Made by a program: the position numbers and the translations under genes. 64,000 nucleotides of DNA from Mageeibacillus sp. UBA1212. Lineage in GTDB: Bacteria > Bacillota > Clostridia > UBA1212. The DNA lies in the NCBI GenBank assembly GCA_002309655.1, contig DBXM01000003.1:21078-85077 (forward strand), read 5' to 3'. Positions 36,300 to 45,123 of this stretch are shown here, piece after piece. Position 1 is the stretch's first letter. Every line of letters begins with the position of its first letter. The notes under the pieces were generated by a model. That model saw only the letters and a program-made list of their open reading frames with translations. It was not told the origin of the DNA and did not search any database.

Positions 36300-37175
36300 A
36301 TGACAAAATTTGAAACTCTGACAAGTCTTTTGGAAAAGAACGCCCCCGGTGCGTACATGGCCGCCGAAATGACCGAAAACAGCTACGTTGAAAAACAGTT
36401 CAGGCTTGGAGCCGGCGCCCACAACACCTATTCGCTCTCGAAATCGGTTACCGCCTGCGCAGTCGGCATTCTTGAACGCGAGGGCCGCATCAAGGACACC
36501 GACACGGTTTTCAAGCACATTCCCGACCTGTTCCCGGAAGGCTACGACAAGAAATGGGAGACCGTAACCCTCGCCAACGTGATGCGCCACCGCACCGGAG
36601 TCGGACCTGAAGCGAACATCGACATCGACTCAATGGATTTCTGGGCCGACGGACACGACGACTTCCTCGCCTACATGCTCAGTCTGCCGATCATTTACGA
36701 GCCCGGGAAGGGACCGTTCGTCTACTGCGACACAAACTTCTACCTTATCGGCGTGGTCGTCGAGCGCATCACCGGTATGACCCTTTACGAGTTTCTTCAA
36801 CTAAATATGTTCAACATTCTGCGCTGGCGCGGTCACGCGTGGGGAACCTGTCCAAAAAACCACACTCTGGGCGGGACCGGCCTGTTTGCCCGAGTTCGCG
36901 ACCTCTGTGCGTACGGTCTTATGCTGGCGTGCGGCGGCGAGTTCGAAGGCAAGCGTATCCTGACGCCCGAGTGGATTGAAAAAGCCCGCTGCGAAAAGGG
37001 CAGCTACGGGTACGGGTTTACGAACTCCCCTGACGGACGGTGGTTTTTCACGGCCGGAGCCTACGGCCAGGTCGTCTACGTTTTCCCTGAAACGAGGGAA
37101 ACCTTCGCGGTGCTCGGGCACGACATGCCGATTGATCTTATAAACAGGGAGATCGTGCCGCTTTACCTCGGATAA
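36300..37175 (+). CDS. Serine hydrolase (beta-lactamase-related family)
   Basis: SLSKSV contains the SxxK motif. I chose the ATG at 36300 after AAAGGAA; the track ORF starts at 36174. Confidence 0.7.
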   Translation: MTKFETLTSLLEKNAPGAYMAAEMTENSYVEKQFRLGAGAHNTYSLSKSVTACAVGILEREGRIKDTDTVFKHIPDLFPEGYDKKWETVTLANVMRHRTGVGPEANIDIDSMDFWADGHDDFLAYMLSLPIIYEPGKGPFVYCDTNFYLIGVVVERITGMTLYEFLQLNMFNILRWRGHAWGTCPKNHTLGGTGLFARVRDLCAYGLMLACGGEFEGKRILTPEWIEKARCEKGSYGYGFTNSPDGRWFFTAGAYGQVVYVFPETRETFAVLGHDMPIDLINREIVPLYLG

Positions 37176-37202
37176 CCGCCTTCTTTCTCTTATAAAATTA
37201 AT

Positions 37203-37230
37203 ACGGCTGAGGCTCACACGCCTCAGCCGT
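37203..37230. terminator. Intrinsic terminator between convergent genes
   Basis: ACGGCTGAGGC-TCACAC-GCCTCAGCCGT followed by TATTTG. Confidence 0.65.
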
Positions 37231-37306
37231 TATTTGATCTCAATCACAACTTATTTAAAGAAATGTTGCTGTTAAGTGAGCGCAAATCGCGACATCCGCG
37301 CTCATG

Positions 37307-37837
37307 TCAGTCAAGCGGATCGTAAAATTCATGATTAAGTTCGTACGAAGTCGACCCGGCTTCTATAAACACCAGAATCGTTTTGATCCGTCTGCTGACG
37401 ATGTTGATAATAAAATTACTGAGTTCATATTTCTCGCTGTTGGAGTCCAGCCGCTGACGCAGTTCCTCGTATACATCAAGAGCGGTATTGAGTAGCTTCA
37501 CCGTTTTCGCGGTGAGTTCCTCCTCGGTAAGCTCATCGCTGAACTCAAACTGGATTCCGTTATCCAGAATACTGTAGGGAGGCAAGCCGGCCGGTGCGAA
37601 ATGCGTCCGTTTTTCGGTACTATTGTAACAGCGGATCAGCACGTCGGAAACTTTGTTTAACAGTTTCTTTTCGATCTCGTTGTCGTAGTACCGCGGCATG
37701 TTGATTACCGCGTACGAACAGTCGGTCACGCTGCAGTAGCCGTTATGGTAGGCCCTCATTTTGAGAACGGTCCCGACCTTGTCCGGATCTCCGGGATACT
37801 CCAAAGCCCTCAACTGATTTACATATTTCTGTTCCAT
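37307..37837 (-). CDS. Hypothetical protein
   Basis: 176 aa from the ATG at 37837, preceded by GGAGGTTATTGTC. No motif was recognised. It is AT-richer than its flanks by eye. Confidence 0.5.
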   Translation of the reverse strand: MEQKYVNQLRALEYPGDPDKVGTVLKMRAYHNGYCSVTDCSYAVINMPRYYDNEIEKKLLNKVSDVLIRCYNSTEKRTHFAPAGLPPYSILDNGIQFEFSDELTEEELTAKTVKLLNTALDVYEELRQRLDSNSEKYELSNFIINIVSRRIKTILVFIEAGSTSYELNHEFYDPLD

Positions 37838-38039
37838 GACAATAACCTCCGTTTGAAAAGTGTTTTGTGAATGTTTTTCAACAATCACATTGTACCACGT
37901 GTTTTCGCGGCGGAGGCCGGTTCGTGCCCAGTAAAATTGGGCAAATCGGAAAAATTGAAGATTTGCACAGAAAGCGCCCCGCGATTACGCGAAAATCCGC
38001 ACAACCGCGGGGCTCGACCCAACATTAATTAACGGCGCT

Positions 38040-38816
38040 TCAGTCCGTCAGCACAACGCAGTTTACAAAGCCGGTTTTGTTGACGCTCTGATCCAGCGCT
38101 ATGAACGAGTCTCCGAAGAAAGGCCGAAAACCCTCCGGCGGAACCGCGGAAACGTCAGTGTATTTTTTCTTTGCCCAGTCGTCCGGCGAGGCGTTTTGCA
38201 TCAGGAAGCACCGCGCGGCACTGTAATGCCCGAACACGACGATCTTCCCGGGAACCCTTATGCCGTGGAGCATGGAGAGCTTCATTCCGTCGCCTGTAGA
38301 CGCAGCTCCGCGCCATTCACGTTCGGTCGCGTCGCGCCAGTCGTCACGGTAGTATTTCTTCCTGTCCGTCGGTATAAAGCCGTGCGTGAAAACATAGTGC
38401 TCAGTTTCGAAAAACGGTACCGGAACACGCTCAAGGAAGTCTGTAAAACCGAGCCGCTCGCATTCCGCGGACAGTTCTTCGTCGGAAAGACCCGTTACAG
38501 AAGCTTCGCCCTTCCCGCTTAGATATGCGACGGCCTTCTCGGCGCAGGTGCGGTTCCCCTTCCTCCCGAAACGGCTCGACTTGAGGTTGTCCAGCAGCTC
38601 GTAATCGTGGTTCCCGTAAATGAACACCAGCCGGCCTTTCGAATTGATTCCGCTGAGGTACTCAAACAACTCGCCCGGCTCCGGCCCGGAGTAGAATGCG
38701 TCGCCGCACAAAACCAGCACGTGGTCCTCTCGGGAAGGGTCGAAGCCTTCCCGGTCAAGAGCCGCGCGCATCAAGCTGAAATGGTCGTGGATATCGGAAA
38801 CAGTAAAGTACTTCAT
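38040..38816 (-). CDS. Calcineurin-like metallophosphoesterase
   Basis: 258 aa with motifs SDIHDH, GDAFYSG, GNHDYE and GHY. Confidence 0.8.
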   Translation of the reverse strand: MKYFTVSDIHDHFSLMRAALDREGFDPSREDHVLVLCGDAFYSGPEPGELFEYLSGINSKGRLVFIYGNHDYELLDNLKSSRFGRKGNRTCAEKAVAYLSGKGEASVTGLSDEELSAECERLGFTDFLERVPVPFFETEHYVFTHGFIPTDRKKYYRDDWRDATEREWRGAASTGDGMKLSMLHGIRVPGKIVVFGHYSAARCFLMQNASPDDWAKKKYTDVSAVPPEGFRPFFGDSFIALDQSVNKTGFVNCVVLTD

Positions 38817-38822
38817 AGCCGC

Positions 38823-39647
38823 TTACTCCAAAATTCCCGCGCGGTCGACGACATCGCCGTTCTCGACGGCGATGTCGCCTTGCAGCAGCGCCTTGATGAC
38901 AAAGCCGTGGCCCGCTGCCAGGAACGGACAGTTCACAACATCCTTCATCGAACGGATGCCTAAGAACTCGCTCTCGGTAATCACGGGAACGCGCTTCTCC
39001 TTTTCGCACTTGTTCACATACTGTTTGTACTTGCCAAGCATCGAGCATTTCTCGTAGTAATTGTATCCGTCGAAATCCACCAGCGCAATCTTGGTGCCGC
39101 TGTCGACAAGCGACTTCATCCAGCGGAACGCTTCAGTGTCTGCGATAAGCTTCGCGTATTCCGGAAAGTACGCCTTCTTGCGCGACTCGACATAGTTTAG
39201 CGGCACGTATTCCCCCGAGTTCTTGTCGAACCATGCGAAATACAGGCAGTCGCTGTGTTCGTAGCCGAGGTCCTTGCAGGCGTGGCGCATCAGGTCCTTC
39301 GTGCACTCCGTTTTGGCGTAGAAGCCGTTCCTCCACTCGAAAAACCCGGCGTTCGGTTTGCCGTCGTTGTCGTGACACGGGTACACCTTGCCGCACTGCC
39401 AGAAGATCTCAAATATATTTGCCTTCGTTCCGTCAGGCGCGACAACGGGCCCGATAAAAAACGGGGACAGCTCCTTTCCGAAGCCCGGATGTTCGGCCAT
39501 GAAACTCCGGTCGCGTTCCACGCGGGAAGTAACGTCGATAACGGTATATTCCAAAAGGTCGTTTTCCGTCTGCCCTGTGTAAAAAGTGTTTGTGAACTTG
39601 ACGTTTAACGGATGGTGGCGGAGCATGAGAATGTTCTTGTTTTCCAA
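38823..39647 (-). CDS. Hypothetical protein (possibly remote NADAR/YbiA-like; unverified)
   Basis: 274 aa. The TTG start at 39647 lies 8 nt after GGGGAGGG. The segment ELSPFFIGPVVAPDGTKANIFEIFWQCGKVY loosely resembles the LSNF...G...E..fQ..K core of NADAR domains. It sits 6 nt from the phosphoesterase gene and 36 nt from the NadD-macro gene. Confidence 0.5.
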   Translation of the reverse strand: MENKNILMLRHHPLNVKFTNTFYTGQTENDLLEYTVIDVTSRVERDRSFMAEHPGFGKELSPFFIGPVVAPDGTKANIFEIFWQCGKVYPCHDNDGKPNAGFFEWRNGFYAKTECTKDLMRHACKDLGYEHSDCLYFAWFDKNSGEYVPLNYVESRKKAYFPEYAKLIADTEAFRWMKSLVDSGTKIALVDFDGYNYYEKCSMLGKYKQYVNKCEKEKRVPVITESEFLGIRSMKDVVNCPFLAAGHGFVIKALLQGDIAVENGDVVDRAGILE

Positions 39648-39683
39648 TTTGAGAGCCCTCCCCTATACAGTAATTGTCGTAAA

Positions 39684-41267
39684 TCAGGTAAACAACTCGT
39701 AAAAAGGCGCGAATTTCCCGTTTTTCCCGATGTACGATCTGCGCGCGGACGGCTTGCCCTCGTAGATCGCGAAGACCAGCTTGCGGAAACGGTTTTTGAA
39801 CTCGTCCTCTTCGAGAACGTCCCGGAACAGCGCGGCAACTTCGTCGCAGTGAAGGTTGTACACGCCGCAGCCGAAGGCGCCGAGCACCATGCTGTCGCGG
39901 CCGTTGTCCAGTGCGATTCGGGAAATAGTGCGGATCTTGTTGGCCTCGATTTCCCTGCCTGCAGGAGTCAGGCATCCCCTCGCGTCGAAGTACCCCCGCT
40001 CGTCGTTCGAGTATTCATTCTTCTCGCGGTTGGAGAGCGACGCCACGGTGACGACCGGGCAGTCGAAGGGTGTTTCGCGGAGCGCGAAAAGGCGGTCTAA
40101 GTTGTGGCGGAAGAACGTCACGCAGGGTGAGTACACGCCGCCGAAGTTCAAATCCAGAGGATAGACACCGGGCACGTTCGGCACCCCCGCCTCTCTGATG
40201 TGTTTATACTTGGGATTCCCGAACCTGTAGAGCGACTGGGATAACGTCGACGACCTGCAGAGCGATTCCTCCTGCGCGCTCGCCCCCTTGTGATAGCCTC
40301 CGCACGGAACCGTTCGCGAGGCCAGGTTGAGGATGGCCGGCCGCAGCCCCTCGCCGATTAGACCTTGAGCGACGTCAACGCAGTCGGCGTTCACGCACCC
40401 GAAAACAGTAGCGTCAGTCAGCGGCTCGCAGGAGACATTGAATTCACTTTTGTAGACCTTCGCCTCACGGTGTGCGTCGCGGTCGCCGAGCAACAGTTCC
40501 GGCCAAGCTTTGAAAAGCTCCGCGTTGAGCTTGTACACATACGCCTGCGCGCCGCTCTTCCCGTAATGTCCGCCGTACAAAATCTGCGCCTCGATTATCT
40601 CCTCCGGCGTTGGAGCGTGAAAATCAGCCGGCGAGAGCGTCTTCATCATACTGTACGGGCCGTCGTTCATAAGACTTTGGTAGTTCTTTCCCTCGAAAAA
40701 GCGGCGGCGAACCTCGGTGGAACTGACGTCTTCAAGATCGTCGTCGGCAACTGTAAGAAGGTGGATCCTGTCGCGGCAGCGGGTCAGGAGCGGACTGTTC
40801 CTGATGACCTGCTCTATATCGAACCGGCGCGCGTAAACGAGAATGTCGCACATCTGAATGATCTCTTCCGCGTTCTTCCAGTTCGGGAACTCCTTCAGCT
40901 TGTCCGCCCCGAACAGAAAAAACAACTTGATTTCTTCGCCCGGGTACTGTTTTTTCTTGTCTTTTAAAAGACGGACAAGCGTTGTGTACGTGCTCGGATA
41001 CGCCCCGCCCAGCTCGGTTCCCCAGTAGCTGAGCTTCGGGTTCTCGCGGGAAAGAGACCTGAGCATCCCGCTCCTCTGCTCCTCGGAAAGAATGAACCCG
41101 GACCGGTCCTCCGTTTTGAGCAGTATCTTTTTTGTCAGGTATTTGCCGTTCGTGGCCACAAAAACGCCCTCGTCGGCATTGGTTTTGGCTACAGCGTCCG
41201 AAATAACGGCGTAGTGAGCTTTCGTTACCGGATTGAAGGATCCGGTCATTACAACGATTCTTTTCAT
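39684..41267 (-). CDS. Fusion protein: NadD/NMNAT-like nucleotidyltransferase plus TIGR02452/microbial PARG-like macrodomain
   Basis: 527 aa. The N-terminal part has VMTGSFNPVTKAHY and SSTEVRRR (cytidylyltransferase-fold NMNAT signatures). The C-terminal part has NLASRTVPCGGYHKGASAQEESLCRSSTL and VLGAFGCGVY, typical of TIGR02452. Confidence 0.8.
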   Translation of the reverse strand: MKRIVVMTGSFNPVTKAHYAVISDAVAKTNADEGVFVATNGKYLTKKILLKTEDRSGFILSEEQRSGMLRSLSRENPKLSYWGTELGGAYPSTYTTLVRLLKDKKKQYPGEEIKLFFLFGADKLKEFPNWKNAEEIIQMCDILVYARRFDIEQVIRNSPLLTRCRDRIHLLTVADDDLEDVSSTEVRRRFFEGKNYQSLMNDGPYSMMKTLSPADFHAPTPEEIIEAQILYGGHYGKSGAQAYVYKLNAELFKAWPELLLGDRDAHREAKVYKSEFNVSCEPLTDATVFGCVNADCVDVAQGLIGEGLRPAILNLASRTVPCGGYHKGASAQEESLCRSSTLSQSLYRFGNPKYKHIREAGVPNVPGVYPLDLNFGGVYSPCVTFFRHNLDRLFALRETPFDCPVVTVASLSNREKNEYSNDERGYFDARGCLTPAGREIEANKIRTISRIALDNGRDSMVLGAFGCGVYNLHCDEVAALFRDVLEEDEFKNRFRKLVFAIYEGKPSARRSYIGKNGKFAPFYELFT

Positions 41268-41319
41268 AAAATCAACCTCCTGCTTGTTGATAAATACAAG
41301 GCCTGCCTAAGGTGCCGTA

Positions 41320-42816
41320 TCAGTTCAGTTTTACTCTGATTGCGGGGCGAATGCCGGGTTGTTCCCCTTTCATGTTCTGTTCGTAGAATTCGCCGTCGGT
41401 ATCGAGGAAAACAAGCGATCCCGGTGCTTCGCCGTCGGTTGACGTCCACCACGGAGCGGTTCCGGTTTCCGGGTCGATTTCCACTCCGGAGTTGCCGTAA
41501 CCGTTGATAACGGCCTGTGCTCTCGCCCCCGCGAGAAGCATTTTTCGAGCACGTCGTTCGTTTTTCCCGTGCCGACGATCGTCGCGTCGTATGATTCGCC
41601 GTTGTAGAGCGCGACCTTGAAGCTCGTTCCTGACTCGAAAACGTGGTTGTTTGTGAGAATGTAGCCGTCGGTCAAGCAGTTTGTACCGCTTGATTTCATC
41701 GACTCCGAGAAGAAAAACGTAATCGCCGTTCTTGTCCGGAATCAATCCTTCCGTGTAATCATTCTTAAAAATGAAGTAAGCCATCTCGGACGTGAATCTC
41801 CGGATTTTCGAATGCAGGAAGTCTTCGCCGGACGGCCCCTCAAATAACCACCTTCTATTCGCGATATATGTGGATTCAAGACAGTCAGTTGAGAGAAGCA
41901 GCGCGGCGCCGTCTTCGATTTCGACTACGTACCAGAGGATTTCCCGATGGTTGTACCTGCCGAACCTGACCACGTCTCCCCTTTTTAAGTCCGCGGCGTG
42001 AATGTCTTTAACGACCGGATAAATGGTATCACCGATGTGTGCGCGAGCATAATCCACTATTAAATGATAATATTTTAACTCTTTTTTGGTGCGGCAGCGG
42101 TTGTTTTCCATCTCTTTTTGCGCATATTCATTATACTTTTTGATGTTGTAAGACGTCCCGATGCCCTCTTTCGACATCACCGCCAGCGCATAGTAAAGTC
42201 CCGGATAGTTTTTGCCGGCGTCGGCGTCGTCTTTCAGCTTCCAGTAGAGATCGGCAAGCTCGCTGTCGTCAAGATCGTCTGTCACCCCCTTGACCATAAG
42301 GGGATCCGTGTGGTAAGACATATAGTAATAAAACGCTTCAGGATAGTCTTTTTCCGTACCTATGCCGTCCTTGTAGCACCTGGCGAGATTCAACATACAG
42401 GAATCCCTGCAGGAAAGGAACTCTAACAGAAACGGTACGCCAGATCCGCCGTAGGGATGTATTTCAGCTCCGATTTTTGAAAATCTAAAGAAGTTCTCTT
42501 CATCGTCCCTTTCTTCCAAACAGTAATCCGCCAAATAACTTACCATTACTATATCACATTCATACCAGTAATCTACGACGTCCTCTGGAAACCAAAGCGG
42601 GAGTTTATCAAATACGCCATGAAAATCACCGCTGTTAATGGCAGACCGAAACACCTTGCGTAATATGCGGTCAATATTCTCCTGCGTCTCTTCTATCTCA
42701 CCGTTTTTGGCGGCAACGGCGTATTCGTAAAGCACTTCAATATCGGGCTCAGTCCCCTCTCCATTAAGGTAAGCTTCAACGATCTTTGTAATTTCAGTAT
42801 AATTATTATTCTCCAT
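41320..42816 (-). CDS. Sel1/TPR-like repeat protein with a C-terminal DUF6273-like domain; the central roughly 55 codons may be read out of the ancestral frame
   Basis: 498 aa. LARCYKDGIGTEKDYPEAFYYY is Sel1-like. The RFGRYNHREILWYVV...VFLLGVDEIKRY...WW...GIRPAIRV scaffold matches neighbouring DUF6273-like domains. An Arg-rich stretch coincides with the open alternative frame 41370..41699. Confidence 0.6.
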   Translation of the reverse strand: MENNNYTEITKIVEAYLNGEGTEPDIEVLYEYAVAAKNGEIEETQENIDRILRKVFRSAINSGDFHGVFDKLPLWFPEDVVDYWYECDIVMVSYLADYCLEERDDEENFFRFSKIGAEIHPYGGSGVPFLLEFLSCRDSCMLNLARCYKDGIGTEKDYPEAFYYYMSYHTDPLMVKGVTDDLDDSELADLYWKLKDDADAGKNYPGLYYALAVMSKEGIGTSYNIKKYNEYAQKEMENNRCRTKKELKYYHLIVDYARAHIGDTIYPVVKDIHAADLKRGDVVRFGRYNHREILWYVVEIEDGAALLLSTDCLESTYIANRRWLFEGPSGEDFLHSKIRRFTSEMAYFIFKNDYTEGLIPDKNGDYVFLLGVDEIKRYKLLDRRLHSHKQPRFRVRNELQGRALQRRIIRRDDRRHGKNERRARKMLLAGARAQAVINGYGNSGVEIDPETGTAPWWTSTDGEAPGSLVFLDTDGEFYEQNMKGEQPGIRPAIRVKLN

Positions 42817-43106
42817 CTTAAATCTCCTTCTTTTTCGTCGATAAATATGCCAATTATTACGTCAATTATTATAACTCAACAAGTTTCGAAACCGGTGTCA
42901 TTTAATATTATACCACATCTTTTTTCGGCACGCACATGCTTTGCACAAAAAATCTGTGCAAACAAAACTCCGTTGAGCATGACGCGCGGGACGCGGCCCA
43001 AAACTTCTGCCCGGCTGCCGGCGATGCGCCGTTTCAAGCTCCGTTTCCGCGTCCCGCGGCACGTATTTCGCCTTTTTTATCAAGGCTCAGTTTCTTTTTT
43101 TCACGT

Positions 43107-45122
43107 TCAATTCCCGACCGCATCCGGAGCTTTGCCGCCCAAAGCATCGGCAGTCACCCACATCGCCGGACGCACCCCCACATACCAGTCGGCGCAGCCT
43201 GCGTAGTCATATTTCGAAAACCGGAATAACGCGTTGCCGGCGCCGTTGTTTCCGGCCATCCACCAGGCGCAGACCGGCTCGCCTTTTACCTTGTAACACT
43301 TCCACGGACCCGCGCCCTCTTTTTTTGCGTACCCGGTCGGGATACACGCCATGTCATAACGCGATCCGAAATACTTTTCCGCGTCTTTTTTGCTGAGCAG
43401 AAACACACTGTCCAAGGCTTCGCAATTCACTCCGCCGCCGGCATCGGAGCTTGCGGCAAAAGGCACCTGTACGATCCGTTTCCGCTCCTCATCGGAAAAG
43501 GCATGCTCCAGGAACGCGCCGTGCAGCCACGCCCTTAAGGCACTTTTCTCCCACCATCGCCTTTCGTTTGGGCACCCCTTAAAGAGGGTGTGATATGCCG
43601 GATCAAAGTCGAATTCCATCGCGTCAATGGCAAATCTCGTGACCAGCAATGCCTTTTCGCCGTCATTTTCCAGAATTATCCACTCTATCGGAGCAAGCCC
43701 CCCTTTCTCGTCTTGCGGGTATGTTCCGAAAAACGTCGTATCACGAGATTTCCCGGAAATAACTTCTTTTTCAGGAGTTAAGCAGTCGCTGTCTGTGCGA
43801 GTTTCTTCGCCGGAATCGTTTTCATCTTTTCTAAGCGAGATCCTCATGACAGGCCGCACCGCAACGTCCAAAACCCTGACGGCAGTTCCGGCCTCGTCAA
43901 CGGAGCCGTCTTCTTCGACAATCGCGGCTGCGTTCTTTTCGCCTTTGTTTCTCAGCCACCAGCAACCATCGTTTCTCCCGTGCCGGTGGTAGCCGCCGCA
44001 GGCAATCGCGTAGTCCGTGAGCTCACACATGCGGTCCGCGTCCGAAGAAAAGTACTTTCCGGCCTCATCCGCGTCTAAAAAGAACACCTTGTCCGCCGTC
44101 TCGACGCCGTCCGTTTTGACACGGCTCTCCAGTATCTTCCCGCGCTCCTCAGGCGTGAACGCGTCCATAATAAACCAGTTGTTAAGCCAGTCCCGCATGT
44201 CGCTGTCCTTCCACTCGCAGCCCTCCTGATTGTAGAGCCTGGCGTCGAGTCCGTGCTTGCTGATAACCAGAGCCGTGTCGCCTTCCCGCTCCAGGATCTC
44301 CCACTCGATCGGCGCCTGTTCGCAATCCTTCCCGAACGGATAGGAGCCGAAAATCACGGACTCGCGCGCGGTTTTTGAGACATCAGTCTCGAAACCCGGA
44401 GAATCGGGAAATGCCGGCGGATTGAACTTTTCGAAATTCACAACGATTGCCGGCCGGACCGCAAGCTCAACAGACCCAATGTCCGCGCCGGAGTACTCGA
44501 TCTTGCCGTCGTGATTCACGGTAACCGCCGTGTACGGATCAGCGTGTTTGGAATGTGACCTGAGCCACCACCTGCACGATTTGTCTTCGGCAACGCAATC
44601 CTTCCCCATGGCGGCAACATAGTCGGTCGCCATACACTTTCCCAGGGAATACTCTTCAGCCTCGCTTAGGGACGGAACGAACGCCTCATCCTCGATTTCG
44701 ATATCGTACGGATTCTCGGTCGAGTAGAAACTAATGACGCGCCGCTCCTCCTCCGTAAAAGCAATTTTCAAAAACTCCCGGTTGAGCCAGCGCCTCATAT
44801 CGCTAAACCCCCACATCAGATTCCCGTCAAACGGAACCTCTTCAACCGTTTTATTTCCGGAACTCTTCCTGCCTCGGCGCTTGCCTCCGGACTGTTTATC
44901 GCCTTTCTGCTCACCGTCCCCCGGAATGTCGAACCGCCGTACATCAAGGGCGTACTTGCTTACAAGCAATGCCGAATTCAGGCAGCTGTCAATCACGCGC
45001 CACTCGATCGGCGCCAATTCCCCGTTCGGCCCCTGGGGGTAGGAGCCGAAAAGGATGGTGTTTCTTTTTACGGAAATTACTCTACTACTGTTATTCGGGA
45101 TATTTTCGGGAATTTTGTTCAT
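43107..45122 (-). CDS. Protein with three tandem DUF6273-like domains
   Basis: The FGSYPQ...PIEW...ALL.SK...WLN..F...AF...E...VF.L...E...WWLR...VRPA pattern occurs three times. No signal peptide was found. The ATG at 45122 lies 1 nt after the upstream stop; an alternative ATG is at 45143. Confidence 0.7.
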   Translation of the reverse strand: MNKIPENIPNNSSRVISVKRNTILFGSYPQGPNGELAPIEWRVIDSCLNSALLVSKYALDVRRFDIPGDGEQKGDKQSGGKRRGRKSSGNKTVEEVPFDGNLMWGFSDMRRWLNREFLKIAFTEEERRVISFYSTENPYDIEIEDEAFVPSLSEAEEYSLGKCMATDYVAAMGKDCVAEDKSCRWWLRSHSKHADPYTAVTVNHDGKIEYSGADIGSVELAVRPAIVVNFEKFNPPAFPDSPGFETDVSKTARESVIFGSYPFGKDCEQAPIEWEILEREGDTALVISKHGLDARLYNQEGCEWKDSDMRDWLNNWFIMDAFTPEERGKILESRVKTDGVETADKVFFLDADEAGKYFSSDADRMCELTDYAIACGGYHRHGRNDGCWWLRNKGEKNAAAIVEEDGSVDEAGTAVRVLDVAVRPVMRISLRKDENDSGEETRTDSDCLTPEKEVISGKSRDTTFFGTYPQDEKGGLAPIEWIILENDGEKALLVTRFAIDAMEFDFDPAYHTLFKGCPNERRWWEKSALRAWLHGAFLEHAFSDEERKRIVQVPFAASSDAGGGVNCEALDSVFLLSKKDAEKYFGSRYDMACIPTGYAKKEGAGPWKCYKVKGEPVCAWWMAGNNGAGNALFRFSKYDYAGCADWYVGVRPAMWVTADALGGKAPDAVGN

Positions 45123-45123
45123 T

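Noticed and set aside
41370-41699. Stand-alone HtrA/trypsin-like serine protease gene (GYILTNNHV motif)
   Set aside because: It is only about 45 residues of resemblance, with no Asp/Ser catalytic regions at proper spacing and no RBS. It is fully embedded in 41320..42816. I kept it as a frame anomaly finding instead.
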